From the NCBI GenBank assembly GCA_944332475.1, contig CALVKA010000002.1:71147-135146 (forward strand): DNA of 64,000 nucleotides, written 5' to 3'. The position numbers and the translations under genes are program-made. The stretch comes from an uncultured Bacilli bacterium (lineage in GTDB: Bacteria > Bacillota_I > Bacilli_A > RF39 > UBA660). Below, piece by piece: positions 35,895 to 45,610 of the stretch (its first letter is position 1; each line of letters starts with the position of its first letter). The notes below the pieces were generated by a model. The model was not told where the DNA came from. It saw only the letters and a program-made list of their open reading frames with translations, and made no database searches.

Positions 35895-37451
35895 TTATTT
35901 AACCCTATAAACATACTTTCGATTTCTCACCGTATACACCAACCGAATCTCATTAGCATTTTGTAAGGCATCAGGAACCTCAATATACATATAATTTCCA
36001 TTATAGCTATGATTAACAGCATCTATTATTTCTACATCCTGACTTTTACCTTTACTATCTATATAAACAATTTTACCATATTCCGTCGAAAAGTCAACGA
36101 AATCTTCACCAGTAAATGTATCAGAAGTAAAGAACAATTGTAAGATTAATTTACCACTCTTAGCATCCAAATCATTAGAAACAGCCGCACAATTATTAAA
36201 TGCAATACAAGACCTTGTAGTATAAGTCGTATGCTCTAACAAATTAGCTTCCTCAATAGAAAAATTAATCTCATCATCACCAACTTGCATCGTTTCATTT
36301 TCTAATAGAACTTTAGTTTTTTGTTTTTCAATCTCAGAAAGATCTTCTACATTTAATTTAATTTTTCTTAAATATGGTTGATTATTTTCAATTTCTTGAT
36401 AATAAAGAACAAATCGATTCGGATCCAAATCTTTATCTACTTTAAAAATCATAATAAACCTTTGAGACTGACCGTTACTTAATGTAAGTTTTTCTAAAGA
36501 CCTTCCCATATCTTGAAAAGCAGTAGCATAAGTTCGATAAGTCTGAGTATAATTCCCTCTTCCGTTCATAATATGGAAGCGATTAAAATTAACATCCCTT
36601 TGTGTAGCATTATTCGTAATAGTTAAATCTAAAACAACAAAATCACTATCTTTAGAAATAATTTCTCCGCGATAATCTTTATCCGTGAAATAAGAACGAT
36701 TAATTTGAATCGTATAACCATTAGTAGAAATACTATCTCCCTGATTATAAGAACGATGTACGATAAACACCAATCGATAAATAGATACAACACAAACAAT
36801 CAACAACAAAGAAACAACCGTATTGACCAATAATCGATGTTCCTGATAAAAATAACCGAGATTACGTTTCAAACGTTTGAATGTTCTACGAAAACTCTCT
36901 TTATCAATATTGACACTAATCTCAATTTCTTCTCTATCTTCATTACTTAACTCTAAAAATTCTTTATCAGACTTAAAATCAAACTTATTTAAATCCAGAC
37001 CAAAAATACGCATCAACAAAATGATAATAATAACATATTGAGGAAGTGTACCTATAAATAGTAAATCCCCAATGGCTCGAATCCCAGTCGTACCAGATGT
37101 ATCATTATATCCAGAAAAAAGAGAAATCGTTAATACAAAAGCAATAAATAAAAAGGCATAAGAAACAAGTGGAATAACATATAACTTCCATGGCTTCTTT
37201 TTATGTCGCAATAATACCACCAACGTAAAAGACAATACCACAAGACCAATTAATACCAATAATGACAATACGCTAGCATAACGAGTAATAGGTTCATAAT
37301 AAGGATCATAAGACCGTAACTCCAAAAACTCAGAAACAAAAGAACGTGTCTGCATACATTTATAATATATATAGACACTTAAAACAAGCATAAAAATATG
37401 AATTCGTCTAAAATGCTTAATTAAAAATGCATACGGTTTTCTAATAATCAT
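35895..37451 (-). CDS. polytopic membrane protein with a large C-terminal soluble domain, first gene of the supercluster
   Basis: About 518 aa from MIIRKPYAF (ATG at 37449..37451 with a GAGGGTG SD; the track starts at an upstream GTG). Four to six N-terminal TM helices. Confidence 0.6.
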   Translation of the reverse strand: MIIRKPYAFLIKHFRRIHIFMLVLSVYIYYKCMQTRSFVSEFLELRSYDPYYEPITRYASVLSLLVLIGLVVLSFTLVVLLRHKKKPWKLYVIPLVSYAFLFIAFVLTISLFSGYNDTSGTTGIRAIGDLLFIGTLPQYVIIIILLMRIFGLDLNKFDFKSDKEFLELSNEDREEIEISVNIDKESFRRTFKRLKRNLGYFYQEHRLLVNTVVSLLLIVCVVSIYRLVFIVHRSYNQGDSISTNGYTIQINRSYFTDKDYRGEIISKDSDFVVLDLTITNNATQRDVNFNRFHIMNGRGNYTQTYRTYATAFQDMGRSLEKLTLSNGQSQRFIMIFKVDKDLDPNRFVLYYQEIENNQPYLRKIKLNVEDLSEIEKQKTKVLLENETMQVGDDEINFSIEEANLLEHTTYTTRSCIAFNNCAAVSNDLDAKSGKLILQLFFTSDTFTGEDFVDFSTEYGKIVYIDSKGKSQDVEIIDAVNHSYNGNYMYIEVPDALQNANEIRLVYTVRNRKYVYRVK

Positions 37452-37480
37452 AATAGGCACCCTCTATCTTATTCTTTATC

Positions 37481-37509
37481 AGTATAACGTATTTTTTTTT
37501 ATTTTGAAA
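37481..37509 (-). promoter_or_regulatory. candidate promoter of the supercluster (TTTCAA-17-TATACT)
   Basis: On the minus strand: TTTCAA (complement of 37504..37509), a 17-nt spacer, then TATACT (complement of 37481..37486), about 25 nt upstream of the GAGGG RBS. Confidence 0.3.
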
Positions 37510-37514
37510 TACTT

Positions 37515-37556
37515 TTTCACAAAAAAAATAAATGAAGAGTAAAATCTTCATTTATT
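37515..37556 (-). terminator. rho-independent terminator of greA
   Basis: 12-bp stem aataaatgaaga / tcttcatttatt with loop gtaaaa overlapping the greA stop, followed on the minus strand by a T8 run. Confidence 0.6.
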
Positions 37557-38022
37557 GTATTGCTGTAATCTCTACTTGATATGCCCCATTAGGACTATCT
37601 ACTGTCACAATATCTCCAACTTTATGATTAAATAAAGCTTGAGCAATTGGACTTTCATTAGAAATTCTACTTTCAAATGGATCAGCTTCCTGACTACCAA
37701 CGATTTTATATTCATCTTCTTCGTCATCATCTACGTACTTAATAGTAACAGTATTTCCAATACTAACAGAATCTGTAGAAACATCGGAAATAATAGAAAC
37801 ATTCTCAAGCATCTTTTCTAATTGTTTAATTCTTGCTTCAATAACAGCTTGTTCATTACGTGCTGCATCATATTCAGCGTTTTCTGATAAATCTCCTAAC
37901 GCACGAGCCTCTTTGATAGCTTGAACATTTTCAGGACGACGAACATTGATTAAATCATCCAACTCTTTCTTTAAATTATCCAAACCCTCTTGTGTCAAAT
38001 AAACTGTTTCTTTATTTTTCAT
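37552..38022 (-). CDS. greA: transcription elongation factor GreA
   Basis: 156 aa. GreA N-terminal coiled coil (...ALGDLSENAEYDAARNEQA...) and C-terminal FKBP-like domain. Confidence 0.95.
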   Translation of the reverse strand: MKNKETVYLTQEGLDNLKKELDDLINVRRPENVQAIKEARALGDLSENAEYDAARNEQAVIEARIKQLEKMLENVSIISDVSTDSVSIGNTVTIKYVDDDEEDEYKIVGSQEADPFESRISNESPIAQALFNHKVGDIVTVDSPNGAYQVEITAIQ

Positions 38023-38109
38023 AACAATATCACCTCATTATGTTTATTTTATTTTTAAACTCAACTTGCGATAGTATATCACATTTAAAAAATATATGCA
38101 AGAGCTTAA

Positions 38110-38796
38110 TTACTTAGAATTAGTCTTTACATAAGTAAGTCCCAATTTTCTTTCACGTTCCATTCCATAACTCAAATTTTCGATTTCTTCACCAGTAATA
38201 CCACCATTTTCGATTTCAATAAGACCAAACGGATTTCTTCCTTCTTCCTTCATACCTTGAACATAATCCATACGATCTGTCTTGTCATCTAAAGTACCAC
38301 CATCTAAATAACGATAAGCATTTGGTGAAGAATCTAAATATTCATCCATTTCAGTATGTTTTGAAAGACGTTGTTCAAAATTTTCTATCTCTTTTATCTT
38401 AGCATCCACCACTTGTTTATGTCGGAAAATCCAAGCACCACCACCTAAAACAATAACTCCAGAAGCAGCTGCTACAATAACAGGGTCTCCCGTATACACA
38501 AAAGTAGCCAAACCTGCAGTAGCACCAGTAACAACAGTAAAAAAAGTTCTAGCAATAGTACCTATTTTTTGATCATGAACTAATTTCATCTTCTGACCAA
38601 TTGCACCATTTGCCTGCGCTATTAAACGATCTTCAATTTTTTGCGTATTATCTTCTGTAACAGGAACATTATCATAAACTTCACCATCTGCAAAAGTTAT
38701 AACATAATTTTCCCCATCTTCATCTCGTACAACAGAAGTAATATAAGTATCTAAATCTTCTTTAGAATAAACCTTCATAAAATCCCCCTCTTTCAT
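38110..38796 (-). CDS. hypothetical membrane protein (two central TM helices)
   Basis: 228 aa. Hydrophobic GTIARTFFTVVTGATAGLATFVY...IVAAASGVIVLGGGAWIF. Confidence 0.55.
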   Translation of the reverse strand: MKEGDFMKVYSKEDLDTYITSVVRDEDGENYVITFADGEVYDNVPVTEDNTQKIEDRLIAQANGAIGQKMKLVHDQKIGTIARTFFTVVTGATAGLATFVYTGDPVIVAAASGVIVLGGGAWIFRHKQVVDAKIKEIENFEQRLSKHTEMDEYLDSSPNAYRYLDGGTLDDKTDRMDYVQGMKEEGRNPFGLIEIENGGITGEEIENLSYGMERERKLGLTYVKTNSK

Positions 38797-38840
38797 AAAG
38801 TAGCCAAATTATAACACAAATCATAAAAAAAAGCAAGTAC

Positions 38841-39965
38841 TTATTGTACTCGCTTAACCTCACGAACAAACAGATCATCTGTCATGCCAGCAATAAAATC
38901 TATTACTTTTCTTTCATCACTAGTAGTATCTATATAACGAGAGCATTGAGAATTCAAAAAGATAGTATAAATAATACTAGATGTGTTTTTTTCTCGGATA
39001 TCTTGTAAATAGATATGATATAACTGATTCATTCCCAGGCGATAATATTCCTTATCCTCTCGACTCATACTTTTATTATAAATATGTTCTCCGTTAAATT
39101 TCTTTAATTGAAACAAAGCATGATAAACATCTTCACTCATCGCAATATATGGTTGATCTAAACTATTTTCAATAATATCCATAATAACCGTATTCATAAT
39201 ATCACTGTTTGTATTTCCTAATACATCTGTAATTTCCTTAGGCAATTCTTCCCTTTTAAAAAGTCCCAATTGAATAGCATCTTCAATATCACGGCCAATA
39301 TAACCAATAATATCACTAATACGTACCACACACCCCTCTAAAGTCATAGGATGATTATGATTAGAAGTTTTTAAATCATGATAAGCATCTTGATATTCAC
39401 GTAAAAACTCTTCCTTCGTCTTTTTAACTGGAATATAAATATTAGATAACATCTCTCCATTATGGCACATAATACCATCTAAAACCTGAATCGTAAGATT
39501 TAGACCTTCACCACCATTTTCAACTTCCATATAATAACGAACTCCTTGAATATTATGTGCAAAATATTTCCCTATCTCTCGCAAAGAAATCTCATTTAAC
39601 AAAGCTTCTCCCGTATGACCTAAAGGAGTATGACCAACATCATGACCTAAAGCAATAGCCTCTATCAAATCACAATTTAAATTAAGAGCTCTCCCTATTG
39701 TTCTAGCAACCTTACTAACTAACTGAACATGCAACATTCTTTCACTAATATGATCATTTTCTTTAAAAGAATACACCTGCGTCTTATCCGCATATCTAGT
39801 ATAACTAAGTGCATGAATAATTCGATCAACATCTCTAAAAAAAGGAGCTCGTATGTCATCATCAATCGAATGAAAACGAACTGCCTCACTACTTTTAGTA
39901 GCATACTTAGAATAAGTGTCTTCTATTTTCAAAAAGTTTTTCTTTATGACCATCAACTGATTCAT
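38841..39965 (-). CDS. HD-domain phosphohydrolase (dGTPase-like family)
   Basis: 374 aa. ...ALGHDVGHTPLGHTGE... HD motif. Confidence 0.8.
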   Translation of the reverse strand: MNQLMVIKKNFLKIEDTYSKYATKSSEAVRFHSIDDDIRAPFFRDVDRIIHALSYTRYADKTQVYSFKENDHISERMLHVQLVSKVARTIGRALNLNCDLIEAIALGHDVGHTPLGHTGEALLNEISLREIGKYFAHNIQGVRYYMEVENGGEGLNLTIQVLDGIMCHNGEMLSNIYIPVKKTKEEFLREYQDAYHDLKTSNHNHPMTLEGCVVRISDIIGYIGRDIEDAIQLGLFKREELPKEITDVLGNTNSDIMNTVIMDIIENSLDQPYIAMSEDVYHALFQLKKFNGEHIYNKSMSREDKEYYRLGMNQLYHIYLQDIREKNTSSIIYTIFLNSQCSRYIDTTSDERKVIDFIAGMTDDLFVREVKRVQ

Positions 39966-39969
39966 ATTA

Positions 39970-40614
39970 TCAACTCTCCATATAATCTATAATCTTTTCT
40001 ACAACCTCTTCTATATCCTTCTTAAACTTTTCCTCATCATCTGTCCGATGAATAACAAAATCAAACCAACTGTCATCTAATGTAATTTCTTTTCTCTTTT
40101 TCAACTGCCAATAATCCTCTTCACTAAAATTACCAACATAAAAACTATTATCACCAATTACAGATTTATCTTTACGATCAAAATCCATCGTTCTATTACG
40201 AATGGCTTTTATATTATAATTATCATCAGAATGAATACGAATTTTAAACTTCTTAAAAGAATTATTATGAAGTTTTTTCTGAATTTTTTCATAACACTCC
40301 ATACCATGAATATTATGATCATAGACAAATGAAATTCTATGAGAAATCAAAAAATCTAGACGTTCACTATTTACTTCGTCAACTTTATCATGGACTTTAT
40401 GCATATCCTCTTCACCAGCATCTTTAGCTAATTGATAAAAATAATTACGAACATAATCTTTACTAAGTAAATAAATAGATAACCCCTTAGACAATTTACG
40501 AGCAAGTTCAAACTTTCCAGCTCCTGCATCCGCCGTAATTAAAACAGCAATTGGCGGAATATACTCTTTTACTCTACCTACTTCCCTTTCCATTTCTTCT
40601 ACGAAATTCTTCAT
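39970..40614 (-). CDS. P-loop NTPase/kinase-like protein with a degenerate Walker A (occupies the udk position of the yrrN-yrrO-udk-greA syntenic block)
   Basis: 214 aa. ...LITADAGAGKFELARKL.... The Walker A is not canonical, so function is uncertain. Confidence 0.4.
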   Translation of the reverse strand: MKNFVEEMEREVGRVKEYIPPIAVLITADAGAGKFELARKLSKGLSIYLLSKDYVRNYFYQLAKDAGEEDMHKVHDKVDEVNSERLDFLISHRISFVYDHNIHGMECYEKIQKKLHNNSFKKFKIRIHSDDNYNIKAIRNRTMDFDRKDKSVIGDNSFYVGNFSEEDYWQLKKRKEITLDDSWFDFVIHRTDDEEKFKKDIEEVVEKIIDYMES

Positions 40615-40627
40615 ATTATCCCTCCTA

Positions 40628-41812
40628 TCAATGATGAAGCAATCGTATCATAGAATATGCAACAATCTCGATGTCAGTATCTAAATATATATAATAGATA
40701 TTATCTGGATGTCTTGCAACATCTAACAGATTCATATCTTCATCATACAACTTACTAACAACAAAAGAAACTCTTTCTCCCTTAGGAGTAAATAACTCTA
40801 CAGTATCTCCTACTTCAAAATAATTTCTTTCATAAAACTTAACCAGCTTTTTCTCTTTATCATAAGAGATAACTTGTCCCAGATAATCTTGATTACTAGC
40901 CTCGTTTCGACCTGTATAATACTGATCTTTCTCATCTGCTTCCTTTAATAAATAATGAGTAGAAACAGCTCTATTCGCAACGCGAGAAAGTCGCTCTTCC
41001 AAAGTCTCTAAAATATCCTCTGTCAAACTACCATCATAATATCTATCAATAATCTCACGATAAGTACCAATCACCGTTGCTAGATAATATAACGATCGCA
41101 TCCTTCCTTCTACTTTTAAACTAGTAACACCAATATCAATCAAACTACCAATATACCGAGCTAAATTATTATCTTTAGTTGCCAGAGTAAAATCCTTTTT
41201 TCCATCAACACCAAAAGAAAATCTACAAACTTGAGCACAACCTCCACGATTGGCATCACGATTCGTAACATAATTAGATAATGCACATCTTCCACTATAA
41301 CAAGTACACATAGCACCATGAATAAATACTTCTATATCAATTCCAGTTTTTTCAATAATATCAGCTATTTCACTCAATGATAGTTCGCGTGCTAAGACAA
41401 CTCGATCAACACCTTGTTTTTGAAAAAACTCAACACTCTTATAATTCGTAGTAGAATTCTGAGTAGATAGATGGACTTCTACATCTGAAAAATTCTTCTT
41501 TATATAAGAAATGATAAAAGGATCACTAACAATAAAAGCATCAATTCCAGCATCAACAACAGAAGCAATATACTCTTCAACACCATCCATATCTTCATTA
41601 TGAAAAACAATATTCAAAGTTAAATAAACTTTTTTCCCCAATTTATGTGCAAAACTACAGCCTTCTTTAATCTGTTCAATCGTAAAATTAGTAGCATTCG
41701 CTCTAAGTCCATATTGTTCTCCACCAATATAAACAGCATCAGCTCCATATAATAAAGTAACTTTTAAACGCTCAATATCCCCCGCAGGAGAAAGTAATTC
41801 TATTCTTTTCAT
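40628..41812 (-). CDS. peptidase U32 family protein (YrrO/RlhA/TrhP-like)
   Basis: 394 aa. MKRIELLSPAGDIERLKVTLLYGADAVYIGGEQYGLRA... is the U32 signature. Confidence 0.85.
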   Translation of the reverse strand: MKRIELLSPAGDIERLKVTLLYGADAVYIGGEQYGLRANATNFTIEQIKEGCSFAHKLGKKVYLTLNIVFHNEDMDGVEEYIASVVDAGIDAFIVSDPFIISYIKKNFSDVEVHLSTQNSTTNYKSVEFFQKQGVDRVVLARELSLSEIADIIEKTGIDIEVFIHGAMCTCYSGRCALSNYVTNRDANRGGCAQVCRFSFGVDGKKDFTLATKDNNLARYIGSLIDIGVTSLKVEGRMRSLYYLATVIGTYREIIDRYYDGSLTEDILETLEERLSRVANRAVSTHYLLKEADEKDQYYTGRNEASNQDYLGQVISYDKEKKLVKFYERNYFEVGDTVELFTPKGERVSFVVSKLYDEDMNLLDVARHPDNIYYIYLDTDIEIVAYSMIRLLHH

Positions 41813-42663
41813 TTCTTCACCCTATAGATAGTTTTCTTAAAAAAGAATCCAGTACTATCCCCTAACTTTTTATATTTAGAAACATAATCAGTATCGACAC
41901 ATCCACCATCAATATAGTTTTTGGTATCATTAATTAACTCCATAAAAGAAGAAATTCCTTCTTCACGAAATAAAATATAAGAAACACCTGCTTCATATAA
42001 AGGTTTAATAACAGAAGTCCCATTTAAAACTTCATCCAAAAAAATACCAGTACCCTCATCTTCTTCTTTTACCAAATACTTTTTATCTGTAATTTTTTCT
42101 AATATTGATAATGTAGAGTGACTATCTTCCTCTAAATCTTTATAATAGTTAGATAGTAATTTCCTGCGGCTATATCCAACACTAGGTAAACTAACAACTT
42201 CTACAATAGATAAAATAGAAGACTTTTTGACAATCGCTAATATTTCATCTAACGTAATTTCTTTAGAAAGTAAAGCATAATGAACACCCTGTTGATAATA
42301 ATAATCACAAGTACGATAATTAGTAACCATATGGGTCTGACTCCAAACCAAATCCAATGATAAAGATAACTCTTGTTTTAATTCTAAAATAGCCAAATCA
42401 TAAAAGAAAACACCACGAATAGACATCTGTTCTAATTCTTGTAACACATGTCTAACATCATTAATCTCATCATTAAATAAATTCTTATCCATCTTAACAA
42501 AAACATCTATATCAGGATAATCCTTTGTTATCTTGCGAATCTCATCAACAGAGAAAGTAACAGAGTTCAAAACAGAAAAATTCTCTAATCCTAATAATAA
42601 AGCATCACAACAATCCACATAATTAGAAATTTTTTTGTTAGCGACTTCTACTAATACTTTCAT
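41809..42663 (-). CDS. peptidase U32 family protein, paralogous partner (YrrN-like)
   Basis: 284 aa. A U32-like N-terminal barrel. Its start overlaps the downstream U32 gene. Confidence 0.7.
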   Translation of the reverse strand: MKVLVEVANKKISNYVDCCDALLLGLENFSVLNSVTFSVDEIRKITKDYPDIDVFVKMDKNLFNDEINDVRHVLQELEQMSIRGVFFYDLAILELKQELSLSLDLVWSQTHMVTNYRTCDYYYQQGVHYALLSKEITLDEILAIVKKSSILSIVEVVSLPSVGYSRRKLLSNYYKDLEEDSHSTLSILEKITDKKYLVKEEDEGTGIFLDEVLNGTSVIKPLYEAGVSYILFREEGISSFMELINDTKNYIDGGCVDTDYVSKYKKLGDSTGFFFKKTIYRVKK

Positions 42664-42735
42664 ATGTCACCTCTGCCTTTATTATATAGCAAGATAAAAA
42701 AAAAGAAAAGAAAAAAAGTTGAGAAACCTCAACCT

Positions 42736-43377
42736 TTAACTATAATCTGCTGTTAATATAACATAATATTGTACAACATAGATATTTCTATCTTTGACAT
42801 ATTGTATATTGATTCGTTCCGTATAATCCCCGATTTGATATTCTTCTGCCGCAACAGGTGTCTCATCAGACATTACAGCATTTAGGCCATTCATAACCTC
42901 TGTAACATTACCAGAATCAACTGGCGTACCAAAGAAATTATTTAAAATGGAATTACTAATAGAAACAATTTTATCAGCTGTAAAATCAGACTCAGTAAAA
43001 TAGAATGTTCCACTAAAAGTATCTAACAAATTATTCTCATATGTTATAGCAATAATATCTTGTAAATCCAAATTCGTATATCCATTATGGAAAGCACTAC
43101 AATATTGTTGTGTTTCATTTCCTTCCACCGCTTCACATCTTGGACTTTCAAGTCCGATTGCTGTAGCAGTAGTAGCAAAGTTTTCTGGTGTACTAACCGA
43201 ATTCATCGTATCAGCAGCCACTTCCTCTACTACCGTATAATTTCTATTTTCTTTCATATTTTTTGTCTTATCATTTGAAACAGTATCATCATCAGAAGAG
43301 TTAAGAAAAATATATCCAACCCCTCCAACAATTAACAAAAAAGCAAATACAACTAGAACTATTCCAATTTTTTTCAT
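42736..43377 (-). CDS. membrane-anchored hypothetical protein (mini-island)
   Basis: About 213 aa from MKKIGIVLVVFAFLLIVGGVGYIF. Extracellular Thr/Asn-rich domain. Confidence 0.5.
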   Translation of the reverse strand: MKKIGIVLVVFAFLLIVGGVGYIFLNSSDDDTVSNDKTKNMKENRNYTVVEEVAADTMNSVSTPENFATTATAIGLESPRCEAVEGNETQQYCSAFHNGYTNLDLQDIIAITYENNLLDTFSGTFYFTESDFTADKIVSISNSILNNFFGTPVDSGNVTEVMNGLNAVMSDETPVAAEEYQIGDYTERINIQYVKDRNIYVVQYYVILTADYS

Positions 43378-43388
43378 ATATTTCCTCC

Positions 43389-45527
43389 TTAACAACGCTT
43401 AAAGTAGAAGTAGGTTCCGCCCAGCAATCCACAAGCATAATTAGTAGCCGCTACACATCCAGTATCATATCCTCTACATACCCAAGTATTAGCACAACCG
43501 TTTCCATAACAATGAGCACCAAAATAATTATAGCAATATCTTCCACCATACCATTCTATAGTACAACACGAACCAGCCCAACATGATTGAGTACTCCATT
43601 CTGTAGAACAATACTGATTTGTATAATTAGAATAACGATATCGATAAATAGATTGAGATCCATTACCACAACTTACATTACAACCCCCAGAAGTAGCCCA
43701 AGTACCAGCCCAAGTAGAACTACAACAATCAAAGGTTTTACATGATCGAGATTTACCAGTAGTAATCAACGCACATGTATTTGTACGTGTTTGAGTTCCC
43801 CCACCACATTTTTTACTACAAGTTCCCCAATCACTATATTTGTTAGCACCATCTTTAGTATTTCCTAATGACTTAACATTAGAACGATTTCCTACTTTAT
43901 CAACAGCAACAACCCAAGCGTAATAACTTCTTCCACAAGCTCTAGTAAAATTACGAGAGGTAGTAAATCCAGAATCTGTTTTACTTGGAGCGGAATTAGT
44001 ATTAGTTACTTTATATAAATAATGACTAAATCCAGAATGAGCATCTGTAGAGCCACCTGCGGCTGTTTTAATAGTACCAGTTGTACTACTTCCAGAAACA
44101 GCGCCAATAGCACCAGATGTTGGCGTAGTTGGAGGTGTTTTATCTACATAAGCATTAACAGTACAATTTGTCTTATTTCCAACATTATCTTCAATTGTAA
44201 TTGTTGTTGTTTTAGCAGTGGAAGAAACAGTCTTAGAAAATGTAGTTTTTTTACAACCGCTACCACTATCCTTACATCCAACACTAACAGTACGGTTACT
44301 ACTAGTCCAAGTAGTAGAAGAGTATCCTACACTATAATCACAAGTTGGTGCTTTATTGTCAACATACACGTCAACATCACACTGTCTGGAATTACCAGCA
44401 ACATCTTTAATCGTAATAGTAGACGTTTTTACTTCTTTATTACTTTCTTTAAACGTAGTTGTAAATTTATTTTTTGTACATCCACTAGTAGCATCATTAC
44501 ATTCAACAGAAACTTCTCTTCCTCCACTAGTCCATACGGTACTATCATCAGTATCTCCGCAATTAGGCTTTGTCTTATCAATCATAACTGGAACAGCACA
44601 ATCACGTTCTTTACCAGTAGTACTAGAAACCGTAATAATACCCTCAGCCATATCAGTTGTAAAAGTCTTAGAGAAATTTCTTCTCAAACAAGTAGATGAT
44701 CCATCAGAACAACGTACTGTAATTTTACGACTAGCATTAGAATCATTTGTCCAATCACTATCATCATCTAAATCATAAAGTGGACTAATCTTACCACATT
44801 CTGGATATTCATTATTATAAATACTATCTGTAGCACTTTCTGTCTTAACATTACCATAAATATCATATGCCGTAACAACTACTCGGATAAGTCCTGGAAC
44901 ATATTGTTTTAATTTTATACTTTCATCCACCTTATCAGCACCAACAGCAATACTATCTGAAGTATATACAACTTGATTACTCTTGAAAATAGTATATTGA
45001 TAACTACTGATTCTACTAATAGAAGAATCTACAGTAATATCAATATCAGCAGTAGCAGCACTAACATTTTTACTCTCCCAATTAAGTTTAACCTTAACAT
45101 CCAAACTATTCTCAGCACTCTTTTCATGATCAATAGTAGTAGCCGGACATTCCAAATATAAAGTATACAAATAATCATCTTGAGAATATTTAATAACACT
45201 TACATAACTATCTGTAACATTACACTCAGTCTTACCATAATCAACAACATCACCACGTTTAAGGTAATTATACTCAATCAAAGTTTCTATGGTAACTCTT
45301 CTTTTTTGACCAACATCTCTAGGCAAAGAGCCCCTATGATCTCCATAATAATTTTGAGCAGCCAAAATAATTGTCTTTTCAATCGTATCATAATAATCTT
45401 CTTTGGCAGTCTGCAACATGCTAGATACAGAAACAACAGCAAGTCCTGATAATATTCCTAATATTAAAATAGCAACTAAAATTTCCACCAAAGAAAAACC
45501 CTTTTTATTAAGCTTCAAAGTAATCAC
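43389..45527 (-). CDS. large type IV pilin-like protein: prepilin N-terminus, three tandem Cys-containing Ig-like repeats, and two C-terminal thrombospondin type-1-like repeats
   Basis: 712 aa. MITLKLNKKGFSLVEILVAILILGILSGLAV is a class III signal with G/FSLVE. Three repeats of about 70 aa (C..W.S..R.V.V.C.D..SGC....F..T...T.TI.D..GN...C.V..YVD...P.C). Then WGTCSKKCGGGTQTRTNTC and WATSGGCNVSCGNGSQSIYRY, which fit the TSP1 consensus W..(W)..CS..CG.G.Q.R. Confidence 0.75.
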   Translation of the reverse strand: MITLKLNKKGFSLVEILVAILILGILSGLAVVSVSSMLQTAKEDYYDTIEKTIILAAQNYYGDHRGSLPRDVGQKRRVTIETLIEYNYLKRGDVVDYGKTECNVTDSYVSVIKYSQDDYLYTLYLECPATTIDHEKSAENSLDVKVKLNWESKNVSAATADIDITVDSSISRISSYQYTIFKSNQVVYTSDSIAVGADKVDESIKLKQYVPGLIRVVVTAYDIYGNVKTESATDSIYNNEYPECGKISPLYDLDDDSDWTNDSNASRKITVRCSDGSSTCLRRNFSKTFTTDMAEGIITVSSTTGKERDCAVPVMIDKTKPNCGDTDDSTVWTSGGREVSVECNDATSGCTKNKFTTTFKESNKEVKTSTITIKDVAGNSRQCDVDVYVDNKAPTCDYSVGYSSTTWTSSNRTVSVGCKDSGSGCKKTTFSKTVSSTAKTTTITIEDNVGNKTNCTVNAYVDKTPPTTPTSGAIGAVSGSSTTGTIKTAAGGSTDAHSGFSHYLYKVTNTNSAPSKTDSGFTTSRNFTRACGRSYYAWVVAVDKVGNRSNVKSLGNTKDGANKYSDWGTCSKKCGGGTQTRTNTCALITTGKSRSCKTFDCCSSTWAGTWATSGGCNVSCGNGSQSIYRYRYSNYTNQYCSTEWSTQSCWAGSCCTIEWYGGRYCYNYFGAHCYGNGCANTWVCRGYDTGCVAATNYACGLLGGTYFYFKRC
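44117..44792 (-). repeat. three tandem in-frame domain repeats of about 210 bp inside the pilin-like gene
   Basis: Repeated protein segments ...KTKPNCGDTDDSTVWTSGGREVSVECNDATSGC..., ...NKAPTCDYSVGYSSTTWTSSNRTVSVGCKDSGSGC..., and the preceding PECGKIS... unit. The matching DNA repeats are visible. Confidence 0.5.
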
Positions 45528-45610
45528 ATCCTACTATATTATACAATAATATCTTATAGTAAATCGAAAAGAAAAACAAGATAAAAAAGAAAAAAACAAG
45601 TAAAACTTGT

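Noticed and set aside
10747-37451. Interpretation as an integrated conjugative element (ICE or Tn916-like)
   Set aside because: No tyrosine or serine recombinase, no relaxase, no Rep/ArdA-type genes, and no flanking direct repeats or tRNA target are evident. The flanks are core genes and the block reads as one operon. A degraded ICE cannot be excluded without comparative genomics.
39970-40614. Calling this gene uridine kinase (udk) based on synteny with yrrN/yrrO
   Set aside because: The Walker A is degenerate (ADAGAGKFE, not GxSGSGKT) and overall similarity to Udk is unconvincing. It is kept as a generic P-loop-like protein.
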